A stretch of 34,562 nucleotides of DNA from an uncultured Oscillospiraceae bacterium (GTDB lineage: Bacteria; Bacillota; Clostridia; UMGS1883): positions 1,636 to 36,197 of the forward strand of contig CAZYYT010000003.1 of assembly GCA_964651775.1 (NCBI GenBank), given 5' to 3'. Of the stretch, positions 1 to 9,671 are shown in pieces (within the stretch, counting starts at the first letter, position 1; each line of letters opens with the position of its first letter). A program made the position numbers and the translations under genes. The notes below the pieces were generated by a model that made no database searches, was not told the origin of the DNA, and worked only from the letters and a program-made list of their open reading frames with translations.

Positions 1-1455
1 GAAAAGGATGCTGCACTTGAAAGGCGTTTTCAGCCCGTTACAGTGGGCGAGCCCTCTGTTGAAGAAACAATTCAAATTCTCAAAGGAATTCGTGCTAAGT
101 ATGAGGCGCACCACGGTGTTAAAATCACCGATGAAGCAATAGATGCCGCTGCAAAGATGTCTAGCCGTTATATAACAGACAGATTTTTGCCGGACAAGGC
201 AATCGACCTTGTAGACGAAGCATGTAGCCGAGTAAGATTGGGTGCACTTACTGCACCAAACGAAATCAGAGATCTTGAAAAGGAGATTGAGTCTGTAACC
301 CTTGAAAAGAAGGAGGCCATAAGCGACCAGGATTTCGAGAAGGCGGCAGTTCTTCGTGACAAAGAAAAAAAGCTTAAGGAAACGCTGGTAAAAAACAAAG
401 ATGAGTGGCAGGAAAGCACAAGCAAAACAACAGGTGAAATCACCGAGGATGATATTGCAGAGGTTGTGTCAGGTTGGACGGGAATTCCCGTTAAAAAGCT
501 TGCCGACGAGGAAAGTGAGCGCCTTCGTAAGCTTGAAGAAATACTCCACAGCAGGGTTATCGGTCAGCACGAGGCAGTAAGTGCGGTTGCACGTGCGATA
601 CGCCGTGGTAGAGTGGGCCTTAAAGACCCCAAGCGCCCTATCGGCTCATTCATTTTCCTTGGCCCTACCGGTGTTGGTAAAACGGAGCTTTCAAAAGCAC
701 TTGCAGAAAGCCTTTTTGGTGACGAAAGTGCTATAATAAGGGTTGATATGTCTGAGTATATGGAAAAGCATTCCGTATCAAAGCTTGTTGGCTCACCTCC
801 CGGATATGTTGGATATGATGAGGGTGGCCAGCTTACCGAAAAAGTAAGAAGAAAGCCCTACAGCGTTATCTTGTTTGACGAAATTGAAAAGGCACACCCT
901 GATGTGTTTAACATTCTTTTACAGATTCTTGATGATGGCCAGCTTACGGATAGCCAGGGCAGGCTTGTTGACTTTAAAAACACTGTTGTAATTATGACAA
1001 GTAACGTAGGCGCAAGAAATATATCAGAGCCGAAGTCGCTTGGCTTCTCGGCAGCAGAGGTAAGGTCAGAAATTATGAAGAAAAACATACACTCAAGCGT
1101 CATGGATGAGCTTAAGAGAATGTTTAGGCCCGAATTCTTAAACCGAGTTGACGAAATAATTGTATTTTCACAGCTTACTGAGGAGGAAATCAAGGATATT
1201 GCATCCATAATGCTTAAATCACTTGAAGAGCGTCTTAAAACCAATGGAATAAGTGTGGAGTTTGACGATTCGGCAAAAACAATTCTTGCAAAAGAAGGGT
1301 TTGACCCCATTTATGGTGCAAGACCATTGAGGCGTGCAATTCAAGCAAAAGTGGAAGATCTCTTCGCAGAGCAAATGCTTGACGGAAAGGTAAGCGTTGG
1401 GGATAACGTAGTTGTCAGCGCGGAAAATGATGAGATTGTTATTAATAAAAAATAA
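1..1455 (+). CDS. clpC: ATP-dependent Clp protease ATP-binding subunit ClpC (5'-truncated by window edge)
   Basis: Frame 1 is open from base 1 ([27 protein letters not shown]...), so the true start lies upstream of the window. It has a UVR-like linker ([30 protein letters not shown]). The second AAA+ module has Walker [10 protein letters not shown], Walker [12 protein letters not shown] and a GARPLRR sensor motif. Confidence 0.9.
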   Translation, partial: EKDAALERRFQPVTVGEPSVEETIQILKGIRAKYEAHHGVKITDEAIDAAAKMSSRYITDRFLPDKAIDLVDEACSRVRLGALTAPNEIRDLEKEIESVTLEKKEAISDQDFEKAAVLRDKEKKLKETLVKNKDEWQESTSKTTGEITEDDIAEVVSGWTGIPVKKLADEESERLRKLEEILHSRVIGQHEAVSAVARAIRRGRVGLKDPKRPIGSFIFLGPTGVGKTELSKALAESLFGDESAIIRVDMSEYMEKHSVSKLVGSPPGYVGYDEGGQLTEKVRRKPYSVILFDEIEKAHPDVFNILLQILDDGQLTDSQGRLVDFKNTVVIMTSNVGARNISEPKSLGFSAAEVRSEIMKKNIHSSVMDELKRMFRPEFLNRVDEIIVFSQLTEEEIKDIASIMLKSLEERLKTNGISVEFDDSAKTILAKEGFDPIYGARPLRRAIQAKVEDLFAEQMLDGKVSVGDNVVVSAENDEIVINKK

Positions 1456-1460
1456 TAAAA

Positions 1461-1488
1461 AAAAAGAGAGGATTTCCTCTCTTTTTTT
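1461..1488 (+). terminator. Rho-independent terminator after clpC
   Basis: GAGAGGA / TCCTCTC stem followed by a T7 run, immediately after the clpC stop codon. Confidence 0.75.
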
Positions 1489-1501
1489 AATATTTTAGCA
1501 C

Positions 1502-1530
1502 TTGAAATTATTTTAAATCAGTGGTAAAAT
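1502..1530 (+). promoter_or_regulatory. Sigma-A type promoter for the 1191-aa secreted protein gene
   Basis: TTGAAA (1502-1507), 17-nt spacer, TGgTAAAAT extended -10 (-10 hexamer at 1525-1530). An AGGAGG RBS precedes the ATG at 1562. Confidence 0.6.
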
Positions 1531-1561
1531 ATACATAACATTATAAAGGAGGAAACGGAAA

Positions 1562-4500
1562 ATGAAATTTAAAGGAATAATATCTAGTGCACTTGCACTT
1601 ATTCTTCTGCTTGGCTCTGCCCAAGTAACACAGGTTTCTGCAATTGAAGAAGACAGGCTAACTGTAAATGATGTTACAGGTACTGTCCTTTATGAAGAGG
1701 ATTTTGAAGGGGTAAATCTTGAAACAGATACCCTTACATCTCTTGGCTTTGTAGAGTCGGATTACAAGGCTGACGACCCAAAGAGTAACTATAGGATAAC
1801 TGATTTCGTTCTTACCAATATAACCAAAGATGAAAGTGCATCTAACAAGGCAGCAACCCCTATGCCCAAAATAACAAATGTATATGCAACGGAAGAAGAG
1901 CTTTTGGAGATCAACCAAAGTACATACCTTGCAAATGGCCAAAAGGCTATGCTTAAGCAGTTTGGTGATAAATATTTTCTTATAACAGCACCCGCAGGCG
2001 TTGGCAATGCTAAAAGATGGTTTGCCTGCGATAGTGAAGGCGTTATAGATACCGGTGCCACAAACTCAGCAAACATCTGGTTTTATGAAAATGGCACTCC
2101 TTATACATATCAAGAGGAGGGTAAAACCACAGGCACATTAATAGAGGCTGATGGTGCCAATGCAAGGATCCCGACTTTTTATTCTCCAAGCCCACTTAGT
2201 GGTGTTTACACCCTTTCTATGAATCTTATGAACCCCAGAACAGGCCCGTGGTCAGGTGATGATGGTGCCGGTTTTATGGTAAATTTCCCCTCACAGGTTG
2301 CTCAGTTTTATATGAGGAAAAATTTCATCCGTGTTGACAACAAACAGGTAAAGGCATGGGTTAACGCGGGTACATCCGATTATCTTATACAAGGCACAGC
2401 TACCAAGCTTGGGAAATCACCTTCTGTAAATGGCTTTAAAGAAGAAAAGTCTGATGAACTTATTGATATGCCTGAACGCGTAGGTGGAGAGTGGTATAAT
2501 GTTATGGTTGTTGTCGACTATAGCGCAAGAACCTACAGACTTTTTGACCGTGGCCTTCCCGTTTATTTCTGGCACAAGGCTACAAATTTATGGACAAGTG
2601 ACCTTGCGATTGATGAATACGAGAAAAAGGCATATCCGCTTCCATGTCTTGGTTCAGCAAGATTTAATGTATTTGCCGGAAACCAACCTTACTTTGATGA
2701 TATTGTAATTAAATACGATATTCAGAATCTAGAAAAAGATCTCTGGACAGATGCTTCAAACGGGCAGGCGCAGGCAAATGTTTATAAGGACCTTAATCTT
2801 TTGGATAAGTTTAATCGTGCAGGAAACACCTATGATGTTTTGTGGACATCAAGTAATGAAAAGGTTGTTTCAAACACCGGTGTTGTAACGCGTGATATAA
2901 AAGAAAAGAATGTTACACTTACAGCCACATTAAAAAATGGGGTGGAGTATACTTATAATGTTACTGTACCGGGCCTTATAAATGCTGAATATGTAAACAC
3001 AATCACCTTCGATGGTGAAGAGGATGCAAACGCAATTTCATTTGGCTTTAACAATGCAGTTACCAGTAACGGTCAGTGGATTGTTGTTAATGACCCGATA
3101 TCAGGCGGTACAAACAAGGTCCTTAAGCTTGATATGTGTGCAGGCAGACACTATATGAAATCTGAAGATTACGCCAAAATTAAGGCAGCAAATAACATAC
3201 TTGTAGACGCTGTAAATAATCGTACATATGAGCTTGAAAGTACACCCCGTACAAACGATACAGGTACATACTTTTGTGGTACATACGACAAGGGTGGTAC
3301 TTGGGCAGGTGTATATGTAACAGGAAATCAAGAAGATGGATATGTTGTAGATTCATCAAAATACAGACCAAATCAAAACTTTATATACTTAGATGGCTCA
3401 CCTATCCTTGATAATGATGGTAGGCTTATTGCAGGCTCTACATCCAGATCCACATCGGCAACAATTGAGAAGGAAGATAAATATGTTTCCGGTGAATATT
3501 CACTTGGCTTTCGCTTTGCACTTCCCGATGAAAACGGCAGTGGAAGAAAACTAAATGATAGTCGCATTACCTTAAGTATATCTGGAAACAGCTTCTCAGT
3601 TAGGGAAAACAGCGTAGTTTGTGATGACCAGTCCAGATTTTCGCTTAAACTTGACTCTACACGTGCAGTAAAGCTTAAAAAATCTGCACAGGGGCTGTAT
3701 GTTGGCAAAACACCCGATACAATTGGTGTTTTTGATGAAGACCAGACATATATAATGAAAATGCCCTACACATCAATTGGCAATTGGAGAACACTTACAT
3801 ATAGGATTGACTATAACACCGGAATTGCCAGAATTTTTGTTGACGGACTTCCTGTTTACTTTGAGGTAACAGATGGTTTGGCAAAGAAATATTCAAGTGA
3901 AATTGTTTTTGGCCTTCCCGAGACAGCCGTTTCGGAGGATGTTATTCACGAAAACAAAACAACATTGGTTGAGAACCCCCCCACGTTTACGCTTTCATCA
4001 GATCGTTTTGGTAATGCGCTTGACTGCACATATGTTATCGACGATTTGACAGAAACCTACATTCCAAACGAAGGTAAGGCACAGGTAATTGTAAATACAG
4101 CGCCCGCACCCCTCGTTAAGACAGATGTTGTTGAAAGTGATGTTTTAGTTACTGAAAGTGAAGGCATTACATATTCATCAACAAACGGATTTAAGTTTGA
4201 ACAGTCAAATCCCTTGATTGCAATACTTAATGCAGGTATCGGATTTGGCACAAGTGAAGGTGCAATTACTGCATCTGCTACAGTTGGTACAAAGACAAAA
4301 ACAAAAGACTTCACATACGCTGTTAAGAATCGCACACCTTACGTTATAAATTCAATAACATTAACAAAGGATGGTAAGCAGGTATTTATACCTGTGGAAG
4401 GTGCAAAAATTGAAAAGCTTAACATAACAAATAACATTGGTAAGGATGCTACATTGTTTGTTACAGTATACAACAATGGTAAGTACAAAAAGGTAGCAAA

Positions 4501-5137
4501 AAGCAATATTTCAGCATCAGGCGACGTTAATGTTAACCTTACACTTGAAGCGGGCGATACATACAAGGTATTTGTATTTGACGGAATTTTTAGACCTTGT
4601 ACATATACAGAGGTTTCTATGGGCAAAGTAAACTCAGCAGTTACACTTTATGTTGTTGGTGATTCTACAGCTTCTCTTGTAGCAGAGTCGCTTAGAAGTA
4701 AATTTACAGCAGAGGTTAGCGTAAATAACAGGGCTACAGAAAACACAACTGCAAAATCAATCCTTACAGAGGATGCGCTTAATGGTATTATCACAGACGC
4801 TAAAGTAGGTGATTATGCAGTAGTTATGGTAGGTAAGAAGGATACATCTTCAAAGGCGGAGTATAAGGCGCTTCTTTCACAGACAGTGCTTGCACTTCGC
4901 AGAGCAGGGATTATCCCCGTTATTTGCACACCTGTTGATGGTAAGGAAACAGCTTATATAGATTATCAAGCCGCTGTAAAAGAAATTGCAGCAGCATATG
5001 GTATTATTTCTATAGATACTAATATCGCACTTGAAGACACTGATTATTCAGATGCAGAAAATCTTTCTTCTTCCGGTGTAGAAAAGATTACTTCAAAGAT
5101 TATCGAAGATATTAAGGCAATGCTTCTTTCCATTTAG
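1562..5137 (+). CDS. Large secreted multidomain protein: signal peptide, two related jelly-roll/LamG-like modules, Ig-like modules and a C-terminal SGNH/GDSL-like domain
   Basis: AGGAGG RBS. The N-terminal signal peptide is MKFKGIISSALALILLLGSAQVTQVSA. Two modules share the motif G-x-W...DY...R-x-F-x-x-GLPVYF (nt ~2488-2572 and ~3782-3867). A short Ig-like segment, DVLWTSSNEKVVSNTGVVTRDIKEKNVTLTATL, is typical of secreted Firmicute carbohydrate-active proteins. The C-terminal LYVVGDSTA is an SGNH block I. I recognise no LPXTG, SLH or choline-binding anchor. Confidence 0.7.
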   Translation: MKFKGIISSALALILLLGSAQVTQVSAIEEDRLTVNDVTGTVLYEEDFEGVNLETDTLTSLGFVESDYKADDPKSNYRITDFVLTNITKDESASNKAATPMPKITNVYATEEELLEINQSTYLANGQKAMLKQFGDKYFLITAPAGVGNAKRWFACDSEGVIDTGATNSANIWFYENGTPYTYQEEGKTTGTLIEADGANARIPTFYSPSPLSGVYTLSMNLMNPRTGPWSGDDGAGFMVNFPSQVAQFYMRKNFIRVDNKQVKAWVNAGTSDYLIQGTATKLGKSPSVNGFKEEKSDELIDMPERVGGEWYNVMVVVDYSARTYRLFDRGLPVYFWHKATNLWTSDLAIDEYEKKAYPLPCLGSARFNVFAGNQPYFDDIVIKYDIQNLEKDLWTDASNGQAQANVYKDLNLLDKFNRAGNTYDVLWTSSNEKVVSNTGVVTRDIKEKNVTLTATLKNGVEYTYNVTVPGLINAEYVNTITFDGEEDANAISFGFNNAVTSNGQWIVVNDPISGGTNKVLKLDMCAGRHYMKSEDYAKIKAANNILVDAVNNRTYELESTPRTNDTGTYFCGTYDKGGTWAGVYVTGNQEDGYVVDSSKYRPNQNFIYLDGSPILDNDGRLIAGSTSRSTSATIEKEDKYVSGEYSLGFRFALPDENGSGRKLNDSRITLSISGNSFSVRENSVVCDDQSRFSLKLDSTRAVKLKKSAQGLYVGKTPDTIGVFDEDQTYIMKMPYTSIGNWRTLTYRIDYNTGIARIFVDGLPVYFEVTDGLAKKYSSEIVFGLPETAVSEDVIHENKTTLVENPPTFTLSSDRFGNALDCTYVIDDLTETYIPNEGKAQVIVNTAPAPLVKTDVVESDVLVTESEGITYSSTNGFKFEQSNPLIAILNAGIGFGTSEGAITASATVGTKTKTKDFTYAVKNRTPYVINSITLTKDGKQVFIPVEGAKIEKLNITNNIGKDATLFVTVYNNGKYKKVAKSNISASGDVNVNLTLEAGDTYKVFVFDGIFRPCTYTEVSMGKVNSAVTLYVVGDSTASLVAESLRSKFTAEVSVNNRATENTTAKSILTEDALNGIITDAKVGDYAVVMVGKKDTSSKAEYKALLSQTVLALRRAGIIPVICTPVDGKETAYIDYQAAVKEIAAAYGIISIDTNIALEDTDYSDAENLSSSGVEKITSKIIEDIKAMLLSI

Positions 5138-5160
5138 ATTTATACGAAATAATTACTATA

Positions 5161-5197
5161 AAAAAAGTGGTGTGATGCACTCATCACACCACTTTTA
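5161..5197 (+). terminator. Rho-independent terminator
   Basis: Perfect GTGGTGTGATG / CATCACACCAC stem (5167-5177 / 5182-5192), loop CACT, then TTTT. Confidence 0.85.
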
Positions 5198-5240
5198 TAT
5201 ATCAAAGAAAAACCCAAGCAAAGTGTTTTGGAGGTAAATT

Positions 5241-6276
5241 ATGGAGCACAAAAGAAGGGTCAGGTACAAGGGCACTCATCCGCGCCACTTTGAAGAAAAA
5301 TATAAAGAGCTTAACCCCGAGAAGTATCAAGACGATGTAAAAAAGATTATAGAGCAAGGGAAAACCCCCGCAGGGATGCATATTCCTATTATGGTGGATG
5401 AAATTCTAAGCGTGCTTGATATAAAGCGTGGGGAAATCGGCTACGATGCCACCTTAGGCTATGGTGGACACACATCTTATATGCTAAAAAAGCTTGACGG
5501 GACGGGGCATCTTTATGCTACAGATGTAGATGTAATTGAATCTCAAAAAACGAAAAAAAGGCTTGAGGAGCTGGGTTTTGGGGAAGATATTCTCACCATC
5601 AAAAATATTAATTTTGCAAATATAGATCAGGTATCACCCCATGGAAAATTTGATTTTGTGCTTGCAGATTTGGGTGTATCCTCAATGCAAATTGATAACC
5701 CCGACCGTGGTTTTACATTTAAATATGACGGGCCACTTGATTTAAGGCTTAACCCAACATCGGGCGTAACTGCCGCACAAAGACTGCGTGAGCTTGATTA
5801 TGAAGAGCTTTTGTATATGCTTATCGAAAATTCTGACGAGCCGCACGCAAAAAAAAATTGCAAAGGCGATTATAAATCAGCAAAACTCTAAATGCTATAT
5901 AGAGACAACCCAGCAGTTAAGGTATGTTATTGACAATGCGCTATCATTTATGCCAAACAAAGAAGACCGCAAGCAAGAGATTAAAAAATCGTGCCAGCGT
6001 ACATTTCAGGCGCTACGAATAGATGTCAATAGTGAGTTTGAGGTGCTTCATGCTTTCCTTGAAAAGCTGCCTAATGTTTTAAATAGTGGCGCAAGGGTAG
6101 CGGTACTAACCTTCCATTCGGGGGAGGATAGGCTTGTTAAAAAGGCATTTAAAAAATGTTTTAAAGACAAAGTTTACAGTAAAATCTGTGAGGACGTTAT
6201 AAGACCCTCAAAAGAAGAATGCTATAAAAACCCAAGGGCACACTCAACAAAATTAAGATGGGCAGTAAAAGCGTAA
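5241..6276 (+). pseudogene. rsmH: RsmH (MraW)-family SAM-dependent rRNA m4C methyltransferase paralogue, split by a frameshift at an A9 run
   Basis: ORF 5241-5891 carries the N-terminal RsmH motifs HIPIMVDEIL, DATLGYGGHT and ADLGVSSMQID. ORF 5788-6276, in the +1 frame, carries the C-terminal motifs RTFQALRIDVN and LTFHSGEDRLVKK. The two frames meet at nine consecutive A (5849-5857). Confidence 0.8.
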
Positions 6277-6310
6277 AATAAAATGGCTTTTTAGCCACTT
6301 TATTTTACGC
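6271..6310 (+). terminator. Long hairpin overlapping the rsmH-like stop codon (probable terminator)
   Basis: GCGTAAAATAAAATGGCT / AGCCACTTTATTTTACGC form an 18-bp inverted repeat with one mismatch and a TTTT loop. The T-rich stretch lies within and after the 3' arm. Confidence 0.55.
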
Positions 6311-6339
6311 TTGACTTAAATTTTAGTTAAGAATATAAT
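6311..6339 (+). promoter_or_regulatory. Sigma-A promoter for nadE
   Basis: TTGACT (6311-6316), exactly 17-nt spacer, TATAAT (6334-6339). Confidence 0.7.
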
Positions 6340-6374
6340 AGATAAAACATAAAACATAAAAAGAAGATGATAAT

Positions 6375-8315
6375 ATGTATGGGTTTTTCAGAGCTGCGTG
6401 CGCAGTACCAAGTGTTTTTGTTGGTGACGCACTTAAAAACACAGAGGAAATTATAAAAAAGATGAAAGAAGCTGCACAAAAAAATGCATCACTTCTAGTA
6501 TGCCCTGAGCTTTCTGTTACGGGCTATACCTGTGGTGATTTGTTTTTGCAAGAAACTCTTCTTTTGGCATCAAATACTTCGCTTTCACGCATTTGCCGTG
6601 AGAGTGAGGTTTACGATATTGCAACAGTAGTTGGCGCGCCGATAGAAATTTCGGGCACACTTTATAACTGTGCTGTGGTTATTGCTGAAGGTATGGTAAA
6701 GGGAATCGTGCCTAAAACCTTTATCCCTAATCACGGGGAATTTAGTGAGAAACGCTACTTTGCATCGTGCCACACATTAAAAAAGAGGGAGCTTTGCTCA
6801 TCACAGCTTGGCTTTAAAGAAAAGTACCAAATCCCTGTCGGTGAAGATATATTGTTTAACATTTGCGGTGTTAAAGTAGGCATTGAAATCTGTGAGGATT
6901 TGTGGGCACCTATTTCTCCATCGGCAGTTCTGTCAATGTCAGGCGCAGAGGTGATTGTAAACCTTTCTGCAAGCAGTGAAACAGCAACTAAAAACGAATA
7001 CAGAAGAGAGCTTGTTAAAACACAAAGCTCAAGAATTATTGCGGGATATATCTACACCTCATCGGGGTCATATGAGTCTACTACGGACGTCGTCATGTCG
7101 GGAAGCTCCATAATAGCGGAAAATGGAAAGATCACCGCAATAAATAATGAGGGTGTATCAACAGATTACCTTCTTATAACAGATATGGATATTGACAGAA
7201 TCCACTCTTCAAGAAGGAAAAACACAACCTTCAGAGATTGCGCAAAAATCCACGAAAATGCAGATATAAGGGTTGTAGACACGATAAAAAAAGAAAATTT
7301 TGCTGACGGTCGGTACTTTAAAATTGAAAAAAATCCGTTTGTACCTGATTGTGAAGCAGAAAGGCAAGAAAAATGCCTTAAAATATTTGATATGCAAACC
7401 AAGGCACTTCAAAAGCGCCTTAAAATTACCGGTGCCAAGGCAGTTGTGGGTGTATCGGGCGGTCTTGATTCCACTCTTGCAATCTTAGTTTGCGTAAATG
7501 CGATGAAAAGGCTTAAAAGACCGGCCTCTGATGTTATTGGCATTACCATGCCATGCTTCGGAACTTCGGTAAGAACATACCAAAATTCACTTGGGCTGAT
7601 GGAAAGCCTTGGCGTAACAATGGTTGAAATAAATATAAAGGATGCTTGCATAAAGCATTTTGAAGATATCGGACATTCTATGGATGCGCATGACCTTACC
7701 TACGAAAACGCACAGGCGCGTGAGAGGACACAAATTCTTATGGACTATGCAGGTAAGACCGGCGGCATGGTTGTTGGGACAGGCGATATGTCAGAGCTTG
7801 CGCTTGGTTGGTGCACCTATAATGGTGACCATATGAGTATGTATGGCGTTAATACGGGCGTTCCCAAAACGCTTATACGTTATATAATTGAAGGCGCTAT
7901 AAATGAGGGGATTTTTAAGGGTAGCGAAAGCTTCTTAAATGATATTTGCCTCACCCCCATCAGTCCGGAGCTTTTGCCACTGGATGAATCGGGAAAAATT
8001 TCTCAACAGACAGAGGATATAGTGGGCCCATATGCACTTCATGATTTTTTCTTATATTATGTAGTAGGGTTTGGGTTTACGCCTCTTAAAATTTATAACC
8101 TTGCAAAGCTTGCCTTTGATGGTGAATATGACGATGAGACAATTATTAAGTGGCTTAAGTATTTTTACAAAAGATTTTTCACCCAGCAGTTTAAGAGAAG
8201 CTGCCTTCCCGATGGCGTAAAAATAGAGGATATAGGCCTTTCCCCCCGAGGCGATTGGCGTATGCCATCCGATGCTTCTTGGGCACTTTGGATTGATGAA
8301 ATAGAAAGAATGTGA
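6375..8315 (+). CDS. nadE: Glutamine-dependent NAD+ synthetase (N-terminal CN-hydrolase/glutaminase domain plus C-terminal NAD synthetase domain)
   Basis: The nitrilase-type triad context is present (LLVCPELSVTGY, GIEICEDLW). The PP-loop VGVSGGLDSTLA is in the C-terminal half. The 646-aa length is typical of fused NadE. Confidence 0.9.
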   Translation: MYGFFRAACAVPSVFVGDALKNTEEIIKKMKEAAQKNASLLVCPELSVTGYTCGDLFLQETLLLASNTSLSRICRESEVYDIATVVGAPIEISGTLYNCAVVIAEGMVKGIVPKTFIPNHGEFSEKRYFASCHTLKKRELCSSQLGFKEKYQIPVGEDILFNICGVKVGIEICEDLWAPISPSAVLSMSGAEVIVNLSASSETATKNEYRRELVKTQSSRIIAGYIYTSSGSYESTTDVVMSGSSIIAENGKITAINNEGVSTDYLLITDMDIDRIHSSRRKNTTFRDCAKIHENADIRVVDTIKKENFADGRYFKIEKNPFVPDCEAERQEKCLKIFDMQTKALQKRLKITGAKAVVGVSGGLDSTLAILVCVNAMKRLKRPASDVIGITMPCFGTSVRTYQNSLGLMESLGVTMVEINIKDACIKHFEDIGHSMDAHDLTYENAQARERTQILMDYAGKTGGMVVGTGDMSELALGWCTYNGDHMSMYGVNTGVPKTLIRYIIEGAINEGIFKGSESFLNDICLTPISPELLPLDESGKISQQTEDIVGPYALHDFFLYYVVGFGFTPLKIYNLAKLAFDGEYDDETIIKWLKYFYKRFFTQQFKRSCLPDGVKIEDIGLSPRGDWRMPSDASWALWIDEIERM

Positions 8316-8363
8316 AATTATAGTCCAATAATGTAAAATAATCTTAAATAAAAAAAATTATAC

Positions 8364-8392
8364 TTGAAATAGCAAGCAAAATGTAGTAAAAT
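8364..8392 (+). promoter_or_regulatory. Sigma-A type promoter for pfkA
   Basis: TTGAAA (8364-8369), 17-nt spacer, TAAAAT (8387-8392). Confidence 0.55.
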
Positions 8393-8434
8393 AGGGGAAC
8401 AGGTCAAAATTTTTTCCATGGAGGAATGATTATA

Positions 8435-9553
8435 ATGAGTAACATTAAAAAAATAGCTATTCTTACAGGTGGCGGAGATTGCCCAGGGCTTAACGCCGTT
8501 ATCCGTGCAGTTGTAACAACAGCAATTACTAAATATGGTCTTGAGGTTGTTGGAATCCGCAAGGGCTATCATGGTCTTTACCATAAGGATTTTGTTAAGC
8601 TTACACTCGATAGTGTGCAGGAAATCCTTAGTGAGGGGGGCACAATTCTTAAAAGTTCAAACAAGGATAACCTTTTTATGTATCCCGTGATTGATGAAAA
8701 TGGGGAATTAGTTAAAAAGGATGGCAAGATTGTATGTGAGGACGTTTCAAAGATCGGTGTAGAAAATCTTAATGAAGAAGGTATTGATGCACTTTTCATC
8801 CTTGGTGGTGACGGAACACTTACAAGTGGCCGTGACTTTGCACGTCTTGGTGTAAATATTATAGGTATCCCGAAAACAATTGACAATGACCTTAATTGCA
8901 CAGATTACACCTTCGGTTTTGACACTGCAGTAAGCGTTGTTACAGAGTCTCTTGACAGAATAAGGACAACTGCAAAAAGCCACGGTAGAATTATGGTTAC
9001 TGAAATTATGGGTAGAGGTGCCGGTTGGCTTACACTTTATGGTGGTATTGCAGGTTCGGCAGATGTTATTCTTCTTCCCGAAATTCCGTTTGATATTGAA
9101 AAGGTTGCAGCAAAAATAAAGGCAGACTTCGCACGTGGTAAAGATTTTTGCATCATTGCTTGTGCAGAAGGGGCAAAGCAAAAAGATGGAGAGGCTGTAA
9201 TTCTTAAAGTTCGTGAAGATAGCCCCGACCCAATCAGACTTGGCGGTATAGCATCAGTTGTTGCAGACAAACTTGAAGCACTTTGCAAAAATGAAGCAAG
9301 GGCTACCGCACTTGGTCATGTTCAGCGTGGCGGTGCATCAACAGGTCACGACAGAATTCTTTCGACCCGCTATGGTTATGCTGCTGTTGAGCTTGCTATG
9401 GAAGGCAAGTTTGGCAATATGGTTATACTTCAGGGCGATAAAATTGGCTACGCATCACTTGAGGATGTTGTCGGGCAGGAAAATAAAAAGGTTGATCCAA
9501 ATGGTGAACTTGTTAAAATGGCAAAGGCACAGGGCATATGCTTCGGTGATTAA
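8435..9553 (+). CDS. pfkA: 6-phosphofructokinase (GGDG-type, probably ATP-dependent)
   Basis: PFK motifs ILTGGGDCPGLNAVIR, FILGGDGTLTSG, PKTIDNDL, MGRGAGW and LGHVQRGG are present. I moved the start to the ATG at 8435 (MSNIKK) because the GGAGGA at 8420-8425 sits directly against the ORF-track ATG at 8426. Confidence 0.85.
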   Translation: MSNIKKIAILTGGGDCPGLNAVIRAVVTTAITKYGLEVVGIRKGYHGLYHKDFVKLTLDSVQEILSEGGTILKSSNKDNLFMYPVIDENGELVKKDGKIVCEDVSKIGVENLNEEGIDALFILGGDGTLTSGRDFARLGVNIIGIPKTIDNDLNCTDYTFGFDTAVSVVTESLDRIRTTAKSHGRIMVTEIMGRGAGWLTLYGGIAGSADVILLPEIPFDIEKVAAKIKADFARGKDFCIIACAEGAKQKDGEAVILKVREDSPDPIRLGGIASVVADKLEALCKNEARATALGHVQRGGASTGHDRILSTRYGYAAVELAMEGKFGNMVILQGDKIGYASLEDVVGQENKKVDPNGELVKMAKAQGICFGD

Positions 9554-9625
9554 TAATTGAAAATACAATGGTTTTTGTAAAGTAATTTTCTCGAAATTGC
9601 TGAAAATTCCTTGTTGATACATTAA

Positions 9626-9661
9626 GGGTTGTCCGCAGCAAAGCGGGCAACCCTATTTTTT
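9626..9661 (+). terminator. Rho-independent terminator after pfkA
   Basis: 11-bp stem GGGTTGTCCGC / GCGGGCAACCC (one G-U pair), loop AGCAAA, followed by TATTTTTT. Confidence 0.85.
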
Positions 9662-9671
9662 ATTAAGGTAA

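Noticed and set aside
6340-6362. The short tandem ATAAAAC ATAAAAC in the nadE leader, as a possible regulator-binding repeat.
   Set aside because: There are only two 7-nt units in an A-rich leader between the -10 and the RBS. That is too short and too low in complexity to distinguish from chance.
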